Assembly: GCA_951406725.2 (NCBI GenBank)
Contig: OX597818.1
Coordinates: 24,676,001 to 24,740,000, forward strand
Direction: 5' to 3'
Source: Octopus vulgaris
Lineage: Eukaryota
Length of the DNA stretch: 64,000 nt
Made by a program: the position numbers and the translations under genes. Below are positions 27,661 through 40,149 of this stretch, one piece after another (the first letter of the stretch is position 1; each line of letters opens with the position of its first letter). The notes below the pieces were generated by a model. That model had not been told where the DNA came from, ran no database searches, and saw nothing but the letters and a program-made list of their open reading frames with translations.

Positions 27661-28194
27661 CTCACACCAATGAACCAAACTACATCTCTTCATGTATTAT
27701 GCTTATCTCTCCCCTTCTGTACCTACAGCCCAACAACACTTTATCTCTCTCTCCTGCCCCCCCCCCCTGCCAACTGTATTATAGCTTTCCTACACCTACG
27801 TTCCTCAAACACTGCATTCTCCTTCTCTTCCCTCTCCCTTTGCACTCTCATGAACTCCCTGCTCACTCACCCTGTCCACTCTATACCACTCCATTTACAT
27901 TCACCTTCTTGTACCTTGAGGTAGATGGGTATGTATGTATGTATGTATGTATGTATGTATGTATGTATGTATGTAGGTATGTAGGTAGGTAGGTAGGTGG
28001 GCAAGTAAGTAGGCTGGTAGGTAGGTAGGTAGGTAGGTTAGTAGGTAGATAGGTAGATAGGTAGGTAGGTCAGTAGGTAGATTGGTAGATTTAGCATTTA
28101 AGATTTTTCACAGGCACTAACATGAGAGAATCAATATACATTCTATACTCATTGTGTGAAAAATCTTAAATGTTAAATTTCATTTTAACTTTAA

Positions 28195-28259
28195 TTTACC
28201 TGATGAAACAGTTTTGTTCAATAATAAAAAAAAAAAATGTCTGAAACAGCTATAGTGAA
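28195..28259 (+). ncRNA. minimal type-I hammerhead ribozyme motif (PLE-associated), helix III mutated
   Basis: UUUAC-CUGAUGA-AACAG..UGUCU-GAAAC-AGCU-AUA-GUGAA. Confidence 0.6.
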
Positions 28260-28499
28260 CATCAGCTCATATATGTTATTATTATACTACATCACACTTG
28301 GTACTTTCACTGTGTTGCATGCCAGAGTATACTCTTGTGTAATTTCATATATATGTTGAGTGTATTTGGTCTGTAGTTGTAGATGTATGTGTAACTGGAA
28401 TGACTGTACACGTTGTTACACAGGTATACTGTCATTGACTCTAACTTGCTATCCTTATTAAAATACCTTGATTCTATTGGCTCCTGCAAATAATTATAT

Positions 28500-29900
28500 A
28501 TATATATATAAATTTAGTTAGGTGTTAAATAACCACCTAAGGGATATTGAATATCCAAAGGATTTACTGTTTTTTTACCTATATAAATAACAATGTTATG
28601 AACTCTCATAACAAACAGGTAAATAAATAAATAAAATAAACATACAGTTTATCAATATATAAATATAAAGTGAAAAGGAAACCAAAATAATAAATTGAAC
28701 AATTAGATAATTTAATCATTAAATTATAAATTCAATTCAATTTTATTCTTTTATACAAACAAATGATACATCTAGTAAATTGCAGCTGTTTCTACACCAT
28801 TAATAAAAACAGGTTTTTCAAGAATAATAAAATACCGTTTTAAATATAATGAGGTTTCATCAGACAGGTGTAATTTACAACATGTGTCATTTGTTTGTAT
28901 AAAATAATAAAACTGAACTGAATTTATCATTTAATGATTAAATTATTTAATTGTTCAGTTTATTATGTTGGTTTCCATTTCTAACTTATATATATAGGGG
29001 GAAAGTAAGAAGAAAAAATTGAAAATGCACATTGTAAATCAAAAAAGTAAAGGCTTTTTATGGAAAGTAATGATAGATATATACAATTAGATGAACTGAG
29101 GTAGGAATAAAAGTAATAAAAGTCATTATTGTGAATTGTTAAAAAGATTCAAAGGCATACCAGTTTCGTAAATTACTGTTCACTGGCTTTGAATGTGCAC
29201 CAATTACCGAATGGTGTTGGGTCTACTAGTCCCTGAGTAAAACGATTATGTGTAAAGGAGGTAAGTAGTTCTGGATTTGGTGCAATTAGGGTATATATAA
29301 TTCTGTAATGTGAATGGTGTATGGGATGTATGGGGTTAGTTGTATTAATTGAAAGGTTAGTAGTGTTCTGTATTATGTTATGTGTTCATAATGATGATGA
29401 TGTTGATATTGAGTTGTGAAAGATATTCATTGATGAAAGTTGCCTCTTTATTCTTTCTTTGCTGTACTGATAGAAGGGGAAAATTAGGAAATTAGGATTA
29501 AGGTTCCTAGCACAACTTTCTATGTGTTCACTGACCTGTATCTGTCTGTATTGTGGGTGGCAGATTTGTTCTTTGTGGAGAGTGGTTCTTCCATAGAGTG
29601 ATATTCCTGTTTGGCCAATATACTGATTACCACACCCTAAGCAGGTAATGGCATAGATTGGGTTTTGCAAGGCACAGGTGAAATTTGATTTAATCTTAAA
29701 TATTTCATCTTGTTGAAAGTGAAACTCTGAACCTTCCAAAAGGTGGGCATATGTACCACAGTTAGGTCGACCACATTATTTCACTTTTGGTTCCATTGTT
29801 AATATTTTTTTTTATCATTTCAGTTGCATTTTGCTTTTGATAATTTTGTGTGAGCCTAAAATTTTGTTCATTGTTTTATCTCCTGTGCTGATGGGTAGAT
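28500..29900 (-). mobile_element. Penelope-like element: GIY-YIG endonuclease and 3' terminal region
   Basis: KCGRPNCGTYAH..FTCALQNPIYAITCLGCGNQYIGQT..HKEQI..SEHIESC; abuts (TA)n at about 28500. Confidence 0.85.
29147..29194 (-). ncRNA. minimal type-I hammerhead ribozyme with G3:C8 core variant
   Basis: AUUCAAAGCCA-GUGAACA-GUAAUUUAC-GAAAC-UG-GUA-UGCCUUUGAAU. Helix I pairs 10 of 11; sense to and about 190 nt downstream of the GIY-YIG ORF. Confidence 0.75.
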
Positions 29901-29904
29901 TTTG

Positions 29905-30069
29905 GATATACGACAGGCTTCTTTCAGTTTACGTCTACCAAATCCACTCACAAGGCATTGGTCGGCCTGGGGCTATAGCAGAAGACACTTTCCCAAGATG
30001 CCACACAGTGGGACTGAACCCGGAACCATGTGGTTGGTAAGCAAGCTACTTACCACACAGCCACTCCTG
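29905..30069 (-). mobile_element. tRNA-derived SINE, well preserved
   Basis: Head caggagtggctgtgtggtaagtagcttg..ggttccgggttcagtcccac (A/B-box-like). Related copies at about 21050-21215, 37568-37710, 39855-40015, 51775-51930 and 58602-58715. Confidence 0.85.
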
Positions 30070-33000
30070 TATTTCATTTCATTTCATTTCATTTGAGTTT
30101 GAGTCCATGCTCAGGCCAAGTCGAAGACTCCACCCTCAGAGTCTGGTGTGGTTACCAGGTTGTATTCTCTGTTTAATTTTGACATGTGTAGGAGCGAGTT
30201 TGAGTCAGTTTGTGCTCGTTGTGTATATCCTGAGAGATGGGGTTCATCTCTAATGGTGCTTAAGTATCTATCCAGCTGCAATTTGAATGATTCCACACTG
30301 CATCCAGATAGATTTCTGACATGTACCGGAATGGAGTTGAATAGTTGTGCTCCTCGAACCAACAGACTTGATTCTCACAGGGTTTTTGCTGCCTGGCCAG
30401 CCTTTTTGTTGATTGGTGGTAGCTGGCAGCGTCTTCCGTGGTGCAGTGAGTGGTAGGTTTTGATACCAAAGTTTGGCACCTTTTGCTCTATCATTTTCCA
30501 AATGTATATAATTCGGTATCGCTCAAATCTTCTTTCTATTGAGTACATCCTCAAGGTTTTGAGTCTTTGCCAATAGTCCAGGTCCCTCGTTTCTGAGAAG
30601 TATGAGGTAAAATTTCTTTGGAGCGATTCCATCTTAGATAGTTGGCCCTTTGTTGTTGGTGACCACAACTGAGAACAGTAGTCAATCCTCGGAAGTATCA
30701 TACTGTTCCAGAGGGTTTTCATTGTTGAGGTATCTCTTGATTTGAAGGTGCGCAAGATCCACCCGCTGTACTTTCTTGCAGTAAGACAGACTGAGTCAAG
30801 GTGTTCTCTGAATTTTAGGTTGGTTCCCATGTGGATGCCTAAATCTTTCACATACTGTTTTTCCATTATTTGTTGTCCTGATGGGTTTCTGTAGTTTGTT
30901 GTATTTTTCAGATCTTGATCTGTTCCGTAGCGAATTAGTTAAAACTTCTTATCATTGAACAACATGTTGTTTGTTTCCTGCCATTTATATATGGTGGTCA
31001 GGTCCTTTTGTAAGGCCTCTGTATCCACCTCGTCTTTGATTTGTCTCATGACCCTGGTGTCATCAGCAAAGGATGAGACGTTGCTGGTTGTATCTTCATC
31101 TATGTCAGAGATGAGGATGAGAAACAGGATTGGGCCGAGTACTGTACCCTGAGGAACACTGCTGGTCACAGGTGATGGTGTTGAATGGGTTCCATTCACA
31201 GTGACTGTTTGAGTTCTATTTGTAAGGAACTCATGTATCCATGTACCAACTTTTCCTCCTACTCCTAGCTTTCGAAGTTTGTGACCCAGGATGCCATGAT
31301 CTACCTTGTCAAATGCCTTGGCAAAGTCGAGGTAAATAACATCTGTGTTGTATCCATTCTCTAGATTTTCTAGGATTTGGTCATGGTGTGCCAGTAGTTG
31401 GGAAAGACATGATCTACCTAACCTGAATCCATGCTGGTTGCAATTCATCAGATTGTTGGATTCCAGGAACTCAACCAGTTTTCCACGAACTATTCTTTTG
31501 AAGACCTTGATAATGTGTGATGTCAGTGAGATTGGTCGGTAGTTCTTTGGTTTTGATTTGCTGTCCCCTTATGTATTGGAGTTATGTGTGCTTCTTTATA
31601 TGTATTTGGTATTTTGCCATTCTCCATAGATTCCCTCCATATCATGTAAAGGGGTTTCAACAATTGTACCTTGCAGTTTTTAAGTATAATGGCATTGAAA
31701 CCATCAGGCCCTGCAGCCGAGTGCATGGAGAGCTTGTCTATGGCTCTTTCTATGTCTTCTGGGTTGAAATCAATGTCGGATAGGGTAGGTTTAGTATGGT
31801 CGATATCCTTGAAGAATTTTCCTGGGTCATGGATCTTCATGGTTTTAGATGGCTCACTGAAGACACTTTCATACTGTTGACCCAACATTTCTGCCATTTC
31901 AATAGGGTTATTCACTACATCCCCATTTTGTCTCTGGAGAGGTCCTATTGTTGACTTGGTATTCAAGTATTTCTTTGCAAAACTGTAGAAACATTTTGAA
32001 TTTTTCTTGATGTTTTCTATGGCTCTCTTTTCTGCATTGTTACGTTCTTCATCATAGTGTTGTTTTAGATTGTCTTCTAATCTGTATATTTGGTCAAGGA
32101 CTTTCTGTAATTCATGTTTTGATGTCAGCTTAGATGTTTTGTTTCTTAGTCTTGACCTTTTGCGCATCAGGATCTTTCGCTCCCGTGGTACAGGTTTTTT
32201 TGTGGACTTGGTTTTCTTTAGAGGAATATTTTTTGCACATATTTCTTCGATCTTGTTTAAGAATTTCTTGTGTTTATCTGGCCCAGTAAGGTAGAGATCC
32301 CAGTCAATGATTTGTAACTGGTTGTTAATAGTTTCCCAATTTGCCTGGTGATAATCATACCTGCATAGCTTTGGCATGTCCTTTTGTTTAAGAGTTGTGG
32401 CATTGGGCTCATTACCAATGTGTAAATGCATTTCAATAATATTGTGGTCTGAAAGGATTGTTGGGGTTGAGTGAAGGTCAAATAGCGTGTCCTCGTTGTT
32501 GGTGAAAACCAAGTCGATTGTATTATTATTTCTTGTTGCTTCTGTCATTTGTTTGAGGTATAATTTCTCTGTGACTTCCAACAGTTTGGCTGCCTGTATT
32601 TGTTCAGCTTTTGTCCCCAGTTTTAGTATGTGTCCATGTGGCCAGATGATGTTAGGGAAGTTGAAGTCACCAAGGAGGATAATGTCTGGCATTGGACTCG
32701 CCATGTTTCCCAGAATTTGTTGGAACTTTGTCAGTGGCTCAGTGAAGGATAATGTTGGGCTGTTTGGCGGCCTGTACATTATTGTTACAACTGTGTTAAG
32801 TTGGATGATTTTTATGCACAGCAAGTTGCAGTAGGCATTTGATTCATTGACAAGTTCTATGCATGCATAGGTATCATGGATATACATGATAACGCCCCCA
32901 TGGGATCTGCCTTGTCTATCACATCTGAAGATGTTGAATCTATTGATTGTGATTTCGCTGTTGCGGATGTTTTCGTTGAGATGACTTTCAGTAATTCCAA

Positions 33001-33093
33001 TTATTTTGGAGTTGTTTTTTGTTGCTAATTCTTCCAAGAAAGGGACTTTACACTGTTTTGTTTTCGGATAAAGACCCTGGATATTTGCTGTTA
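30070..33093 (-). mobile_element. young CR1-clade LINE, near-complete ORF2 (APE endonuclease + RT), (GAAAT)n tail
   Basis: NIQGL, ITESHL, LGDFNFP, SDHN, QHGFR..SCLSQL, YLDFAKAFDKVDH, VPQGTVLGP, FADD, KDLG. One frameshift near 31565 and in-frame stops at 30939 and 30375. Confidence 0.95.
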
Positions 33094-33610
33094 TTATGCT
33101 GTTATTATGCTGTATTGTTTTGAATCTGTGGGCTTATAGAAGACATCTGTTTCGACGTGGTTATTGACTATTTTAATTAGGATGTCAAGAAAAGTGAGTT
33201 GCTTATTGCTGTGCCCCATGGTGAATAGTATGTTGCTATTGATATTGTTGAGCATTATTTTGAAATTGAGGAATTTGTTCATGCTATTTTTCCAAAGTAT
33301 AAAGCAATCGTCCAAATACCTCTTCCAGTTCTCCTTTAAATAGCAATGAAATGAGGTGCCATATTTTTGTAGTGATGATTGGTATATTTTAAGTTCTAGG
33401 TAACCCATTACAAGGTTCGCAATCACTGGGGCAGCTCGGGTTCCCATTGCAATTCCACACTTTTGTCGATAGTAAACTGTATTGAACATGAAATAGTTCA
33501 GTAGGATGAATTTGAGTGCTGTGATTATGAATCTGTGGTTGATGCATCCTGGGATCTCTTCTGGGTATTTTTCTAGCCATAATCATGTGTACACCAATAT
33601 CCCACATGAT
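33094..33610 (-). mobile_element. Penelope-like RT, probably the upstream part of the 28500-29900 element
   Basis: YRQKCGIAMGTRAAPVIANLVMG..WKRYLDDCF..FLDI..YKPTDSKQY. Confidence 0.9.
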
Positions 33611-33614
33611 TATG

Positions 33615-34745
33615 GTAAATCCACTATCTTTTAGAGCATTATCATATACTGGGGTAATGCTATTAAAAATGTCCGTATTGGAGGAGAAGCTAGAAATTTT
33701 TCGATAATGTTTTAAACTATATTTTTAAACACTATACATGTCTATATATGCACATACACAAGAAAAATGCAGGGTGAAAGCTAAAATACAGAAAAAAATG
33801 TATAAAAATATATAAAGCAAAAAAATATTAAAATATATCTATAAATATGTAAAAATATATATATATAAAAAGTATAGAGAGAAAATGCTTGTACTTGGAC
33901 ACAATATAAAAAGTAGGTTCTATGATCTTGGGGGGACCAAAAACGTAACAAATATTTAGCCATATATGGACATGATCCAAAAAGTTCAGTTCTTGAATTT
34001 AGACATGTAGCAGGGTCTAAGCTGCTTTTCCAGATGAGCCATCTTTCCATATCACAAAGACCACACTTTCCACTGCCATTGGTGTAAGGCTTACACTCAG
34101 CTAAGATCTTCCAATAGATGTTGTAACTGGCACCTTTATCTTTTAAGGACCATATATGACTGGATAATTTGGTCGTTTACCTTTTATCCTAGTGCCTGAA
34201 GCTCAAGGTGTGATTGTTGAGCCTGGCCTTAAAATTCCCTTCTGTAAGGACCACATATTTCTTTGTCAAAACTGTGTCCTTAGTGGTTATAGAGTCTACG
34301 GTGGCTTCATAAATGATGGTCTCGGACATGCAAGCTCCATTAAGCGGGCACAAATTTTTATCCCTGCATGAACAGCTGGTTTCATTTTGGGGTTTTTGTG
34401 TGTTGTGTGTGATTATATTTTTTAAATTAGTAGTTGAGATGAAACTGATTTTTAAGTTATGTCTTTTGAAGAGCTTTCTGTAACTATGATTGACTGGAAA
34501 ATGTCTATCAGTGCTAAGAAATACCTATATTAAAGTTCACTTTGGGGGAATAGTGGGGTGTGAACCAGATAGTTCCTATGTTTCCTTTTCTTTATTATTG
34601 GACTGGTGACAGGTGTATAGGTTATGTTGTTTGTCTTGTTTTCCATTTGTGTCTTTCGTTGTTCGAAAAAATAGATCATATTCCATGTACTCGTACTTCG
34701 TATTTTTTTGTTGTACATGTTTCGTGACGTCCTGTGCCCACATAT
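33615..34745 (-). mobile_element. second Penelope-like family, rearranged fragments (RT thumb and GIY-YIG)
   Basis: ISSFSSNTDIFNSITPVYDNALKDSGF; WFTPHYS; CSCRDKNLCPLNGAC..IIYEATV..TEGNFKARLNNH..CGLCDME..LNSRTEL. Confidence 0.85.
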
Positions 34746-34778
34746 GCATATATATATGTATAGATGTGAGTATGTGCA

Positions 34779-35620
<842 letters not shown>

Positions 35621-36269
35621 TCGTCGTTTAACGTCCGCTTTCCATGTATATAGATTGCCCCCCCCCCCCAGTATGCAACTGATACTTAATCTATTGACCC
35701 TGGAATGATGAAAGGCAAAGTCGACCTCGGTGGAATTTGAACTGAGAATGTAAAGACAGACGAAATATGGCTAAGCATTTCACCCGGCATGCTAATCACC
35801 TTAATATATAGAAAACTAAATACTACATTATGAAGCTTGTGAGAACCTCTCATATGGGTGCATAAAAGCACATGTATTTATATCATTGACAGACAAGAAT
35901 AGTCTACTACAGGCACCAGAACAGCTAGATCAGGATTTCAACACACCCTGTTTCTTCAGTGGTAGATATCTGGTAGCTACCTACATACCTACCAAACCTA
36001 ACTGCCAACAATATGTAGAATTTTAGTGCTTTGGGCATTGATCTCATAAATAGTCAACTGGCTAATTAAAAAAGTTATTATAAGTGACAGAAGCAATATA
36101 AATACTAAGAGGCAATCTTTATACCCAACTTATTTATTTTGTGAGGATCTCTTATATGGATGTACATTGTACTTAATATTTCAGCCTATTAGACAGCCCA
36201 CCAAAATCTGAAACTTCAAAGTCACTGTCACCCCTCTTCTTGTTACAGTTTCATAAATAAATAAATATA

Positions 36270-36483
36270 TGAGGGTGTGCTGAAAAGTTCCTGGCTTTAA
36301 GGGTGTTGTGAGAGGTCTGGTTGGAGACCCATCCTTCTGAGTTATTTCACAAGGCTTAGAAAAACTGAAGGACTGCAGCAATGTGTGTGAATCTGAGAAG
36401 GGGGATATGTTGGATAAAATCATAATTAACTGATCTTCTTGTATATTCTTTTACCTAAAGCCAGGAATTTTTCAGCATCCCTT
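36270..36483. mobile_element. mariner-derived MITE
   Basis: TIRs agggtgtgctgaaaagttcctggcttta / taaagccaggaatttttcagcatccct; the interior resembles the mariner C-terminus. Confidence 0.8.
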
Positions 36484-37885
36484 TCTCTGTGTGTGTGTGT
36501 GTGTGTGTTTACTTTTTACATTTTAGTTGATTCAGTCATTAGACTGTGGCAATGCTGGAGCACTGCCTTGTATATTCCTTATCATGTTTCTTCTTATATT
36601 AATGCCAAAATTTCTGATATTACCAACTCGGTGTATTTTAGGAACAAAAGGTTCTTCTGCACTATTTTTATAACCAAAATTTAAGTCTTTTTTAAAGATA
36701 AACTTTCAATATCTGCCACTTGATATGTTACCCTCAAAGCAACGCATTTTAATCTTATCACTATATCATTTTTATATTGGTATTGTTCATGAGCCATGTA
36801 CATGACATTAAAGGATTCTGATTGCTGTCAATGACCTTATCAGCAATTGTTGTTGCAATGAGGTCAAAATCTAGTTACATTTTGTAAACCCACCTTGCTC
36901 TACTCTCATTATCATCATCATCATCATTATCATCATCAGCAGCAGCCGTACCAACACTGCTGCTGCTGCCACCGCCTCAACTCATACTGAAACCACTACC
37001 ATCACTGCTGCTCTCACCACTGCTCCCACCACTAGTGCCACCACAAATGCAACCACCTCCACCACCACCACTAAGAAGAACAACACCATCACCAACACCA
37101 TTCTCATCATCATCATTTCTGCCACTGCCTCCACCACCACCACCACTACCATTATAGCTGTCACTGCTACCATCACTGCTTTTTATTTTCAATTCACTAC
37201 TTGGAGATTAGGAAGCTGTTTGCTGCCTACAACAGACTCAGTATCACACTCATTTGCAAATAAAATTTATTAGTTATTATAAATATCTTTAAATTCTAAA
37301 TTTCATGATGAAAACCACTGAAAAAACAACTATCCATTTAATATAACACTAATTATAATTATAAAAACATATTGTTTCAAATATGTTTGAGACATATTTG
37401 AACATGTAAGAAAGTCATTCACTGTAGTTTGTCATGGAGAAAAATTCTAGCTGTTGACAAATAGGTATGAACACACTGCTTTTATGCAATAATGTTATAA
37501 CCACTACATTTACTTTTAACTAATACACTCAGTTAGGAGATCAGTTTTTACAGAACTGTTTGCAAATAGGCGCAAGCATGGCTATGTGATAAGAAGCTGG
37601 TTTTTCAACCACATAGTTTCAGGTTCAGGTGCATTGCATGGCACCATGGGCAACCAAAGTCTTGTGAGTGGATTTGGTAGATGGAAACTGAAAGGAGCCC
37701 GTCGCATGTATATATTTTTTTTATATATATATATTATCAATAATAATAAAGGGTAAAATTAATTAGTTAATAATTTTACCAAGTAGTTCAGTTTGTTAAA
37801 AGAACCATTATTGGTAAAACTTAAACAAAAATTCTTATAATTATGAGTATAATTATACTCATAATTATAAGAATTTTTGTTTAAG

Positions 37886-37944
<59 letters not shown>

Positions 37945-37999
37945 ATCCAAACAAGAAAACACAGAAAAAAAGAGAAAAAAACACAGCAACGCAGGACAT

Positions 38000-39170
38000 A
38001 TTAAAGTAATAGAATTAATGTCTGGTCATAGAGTGACCAATGGTTTCATATCCATAAAGGATTTAGCTGAAGACAATTGTAACTCTTCACGTCTGGGAGG
38101 CAGAAATCTGTTACAGTCATTTGGTCAATTGATCATCAAACAATAGACTATTCTTTGATCATCTGGTGTCAATAAGGACACGTTATCTCCCTTAAATAAG
38201 TTATTTGTGGGCTGGGAGATGGGGAAATGAGATTTATCCCTTGGGCTGCTTCTGGACCATAAGGACCCTTCTCGGCTTTGTCAGACAACAGGGAATCCTA
38301 TGCTTGCTGCTGATAATGCTTGGAATGGGTCCAGGGGCTGAAATTTTCTTGATGAGTATTCAGTGATCCAGCTTTCAGGGAGTCTTTGAGTAACTTTGCT
38401 TGCCCAGCTATGCAAAGCTTGCGGTGTACACTCCTGTTGATGTAGGGCCCTAGCTACTCTAAGATCTTCCACTTGATATCATATGGGGTCCCTTTATTTT
38501 TGAGGTACCATACATGGCTGGCCAGGAATGTGATGAATTGTCTTCCTGGAACCCTGAAGGAGGACCTGTGGTTGAACAGGCATTGCTTGAAGCTGTCCTG
38601 GCTGACACGATATATTTCCAAGCTTGGGTGTTGGCTGTACTCACATTACGGGTGCATCTTCGGTTGGCTCCAGACCTGGGGATGTTGTTGTTGCCACTAG
38701 TGTTGTTGGGACTGCTGTTAGTGCTGTTATCACGATATGTGGGTCCAGTGATAATACTGTGGCTGCTGTTAACACAGCTTCCTGTGACCCTGCTATCATG
38801 TTCAAGAACCTAGTGAAGGATGTCAGCAAGAGGATCTTGAATCTATCCTTAAAGTCAAGATATCTTCAACAATGATGACCCCTACTATGAGGCACTGGCA
38901 TCCAATGGGTTTAAGGACATCTACATGCCAGGCTCTAACACCTACAAAAGGAAGTGCCACCAAAACATCATTTGGTTTGCCCTACCCTTCTCACTTAACG
39001 TGTGTGGAAAGAATATTCCTCAGGTTAGTAGACAAACACTTCACACAGACACACAGATATGGACATTTATTCAATAGGCACAGCCTAAGGGTCTCCTTTA
39101 GTTGTGCACCCAACATGAAAAATATATTAACTAAAAACCCATAAAACACAGGAGGAGGCAGATTGTTCTT
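38000..39170. mobile_element. Penelope-like fragments in divergent orientation (minus 38000-38600, plus 38800-39170)
   Basis: Plus: KRILNLS..RLVDKHF..LFNRHSLRVSFSCAPNMKNI. Minus: GIY-YIG-end-like remnant and a hammerhead relic. Confidence 0.7.
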
Positions 39171-40149
39171 GCAAGATGTACAATGACTGTCAGTGGGAGG
39201 GTGATACCCAGGCCTAGAGATCACAGTAATGGTAGCAACAGATTGGATCATCCAACAACATTGATGGTATCAGAAGCAGCGACAGCAGCAGAAACACCAG
39301 CACTGGTGCCAACAACCCCAGCACCAGCACTATGGCCAGAGAAGATGACCAGCAAAAGAGACCGATAGAATACTAGGCTTAAAAAGAATATGTTCTGGGG
39401 TCAATTTCTTCAACTAAAACTCTGGAAGGTGGTGCCCCAGCAGGGCAAAAGTCAAATGACTGAAACAAGTAAAAGAATAAATATTTTATCTCTAATTCCA
39501 CTAATTATCTGGTCATTCTTTCCTTAAGGAGAGCTGACTGGATGTTTGTTCATTCATTTGGTTGCGCACCCATATTTCTGTACTGGCAAAGGATAGATAA
39601 CATTAGCAGAGAGAGGTAGATATGGTATGGCCATATGCTGTTCCCATTGCCAGCCCTTATCTGCTTTGCCGAGTAAGATATTTTTCATTTCACTGGTCCT
39701 TACACTTTGATAGTTGAAACTAGAAGATTTTTTACTTTCCAGATATCGTAAAGGTAAACACCGTTTTGTTAAGATGATTTTGAGGACACGTGGAACATCA
39801 TTCACATGCATATGTGCACATACAAGCAAATACATACACATGCACACAAATATACACAATAGGCTGCCTCTCAGTTTCCACCTACTGCTTCCTGTCACAA
39901 GGCATTGGTTGGCACAAAGCTATAGTAAAAAACTTTAGTCCTCAAGGTACTACACAGTAATTGAACTCACAATCATGTCTGTGAACTAAGCTTTGTAACC
40001 ACACACTCATGCCTAAGACTGTTGTTGGGATTTAGTAAGGAAAAACCTGGGAGCTTTCCTGCTGTTTTCCCTTGGTGGGGATAAAATTTAATAATTTTAA
40101 AGAGAAAATAAAAATGATGAAGCTAGTCAAGGACACTCATCATTATAAT

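Noticed and set aside
29990-30069. tRNA gene
   Set aside because: tRNA-like head of a multi-copy SINE; no complete cloverleaf.
34705-34745. CGAAACATGTA (minus strand) as a hammerhead 3' half
   Set aside because: No upstream CUGANGA-like core or helix I is visible.
36900-37192. Gly/Ser-rich ORF
   Set aside because: Degenerate trinucleotide (CAC/CAT) tract with no splice support.
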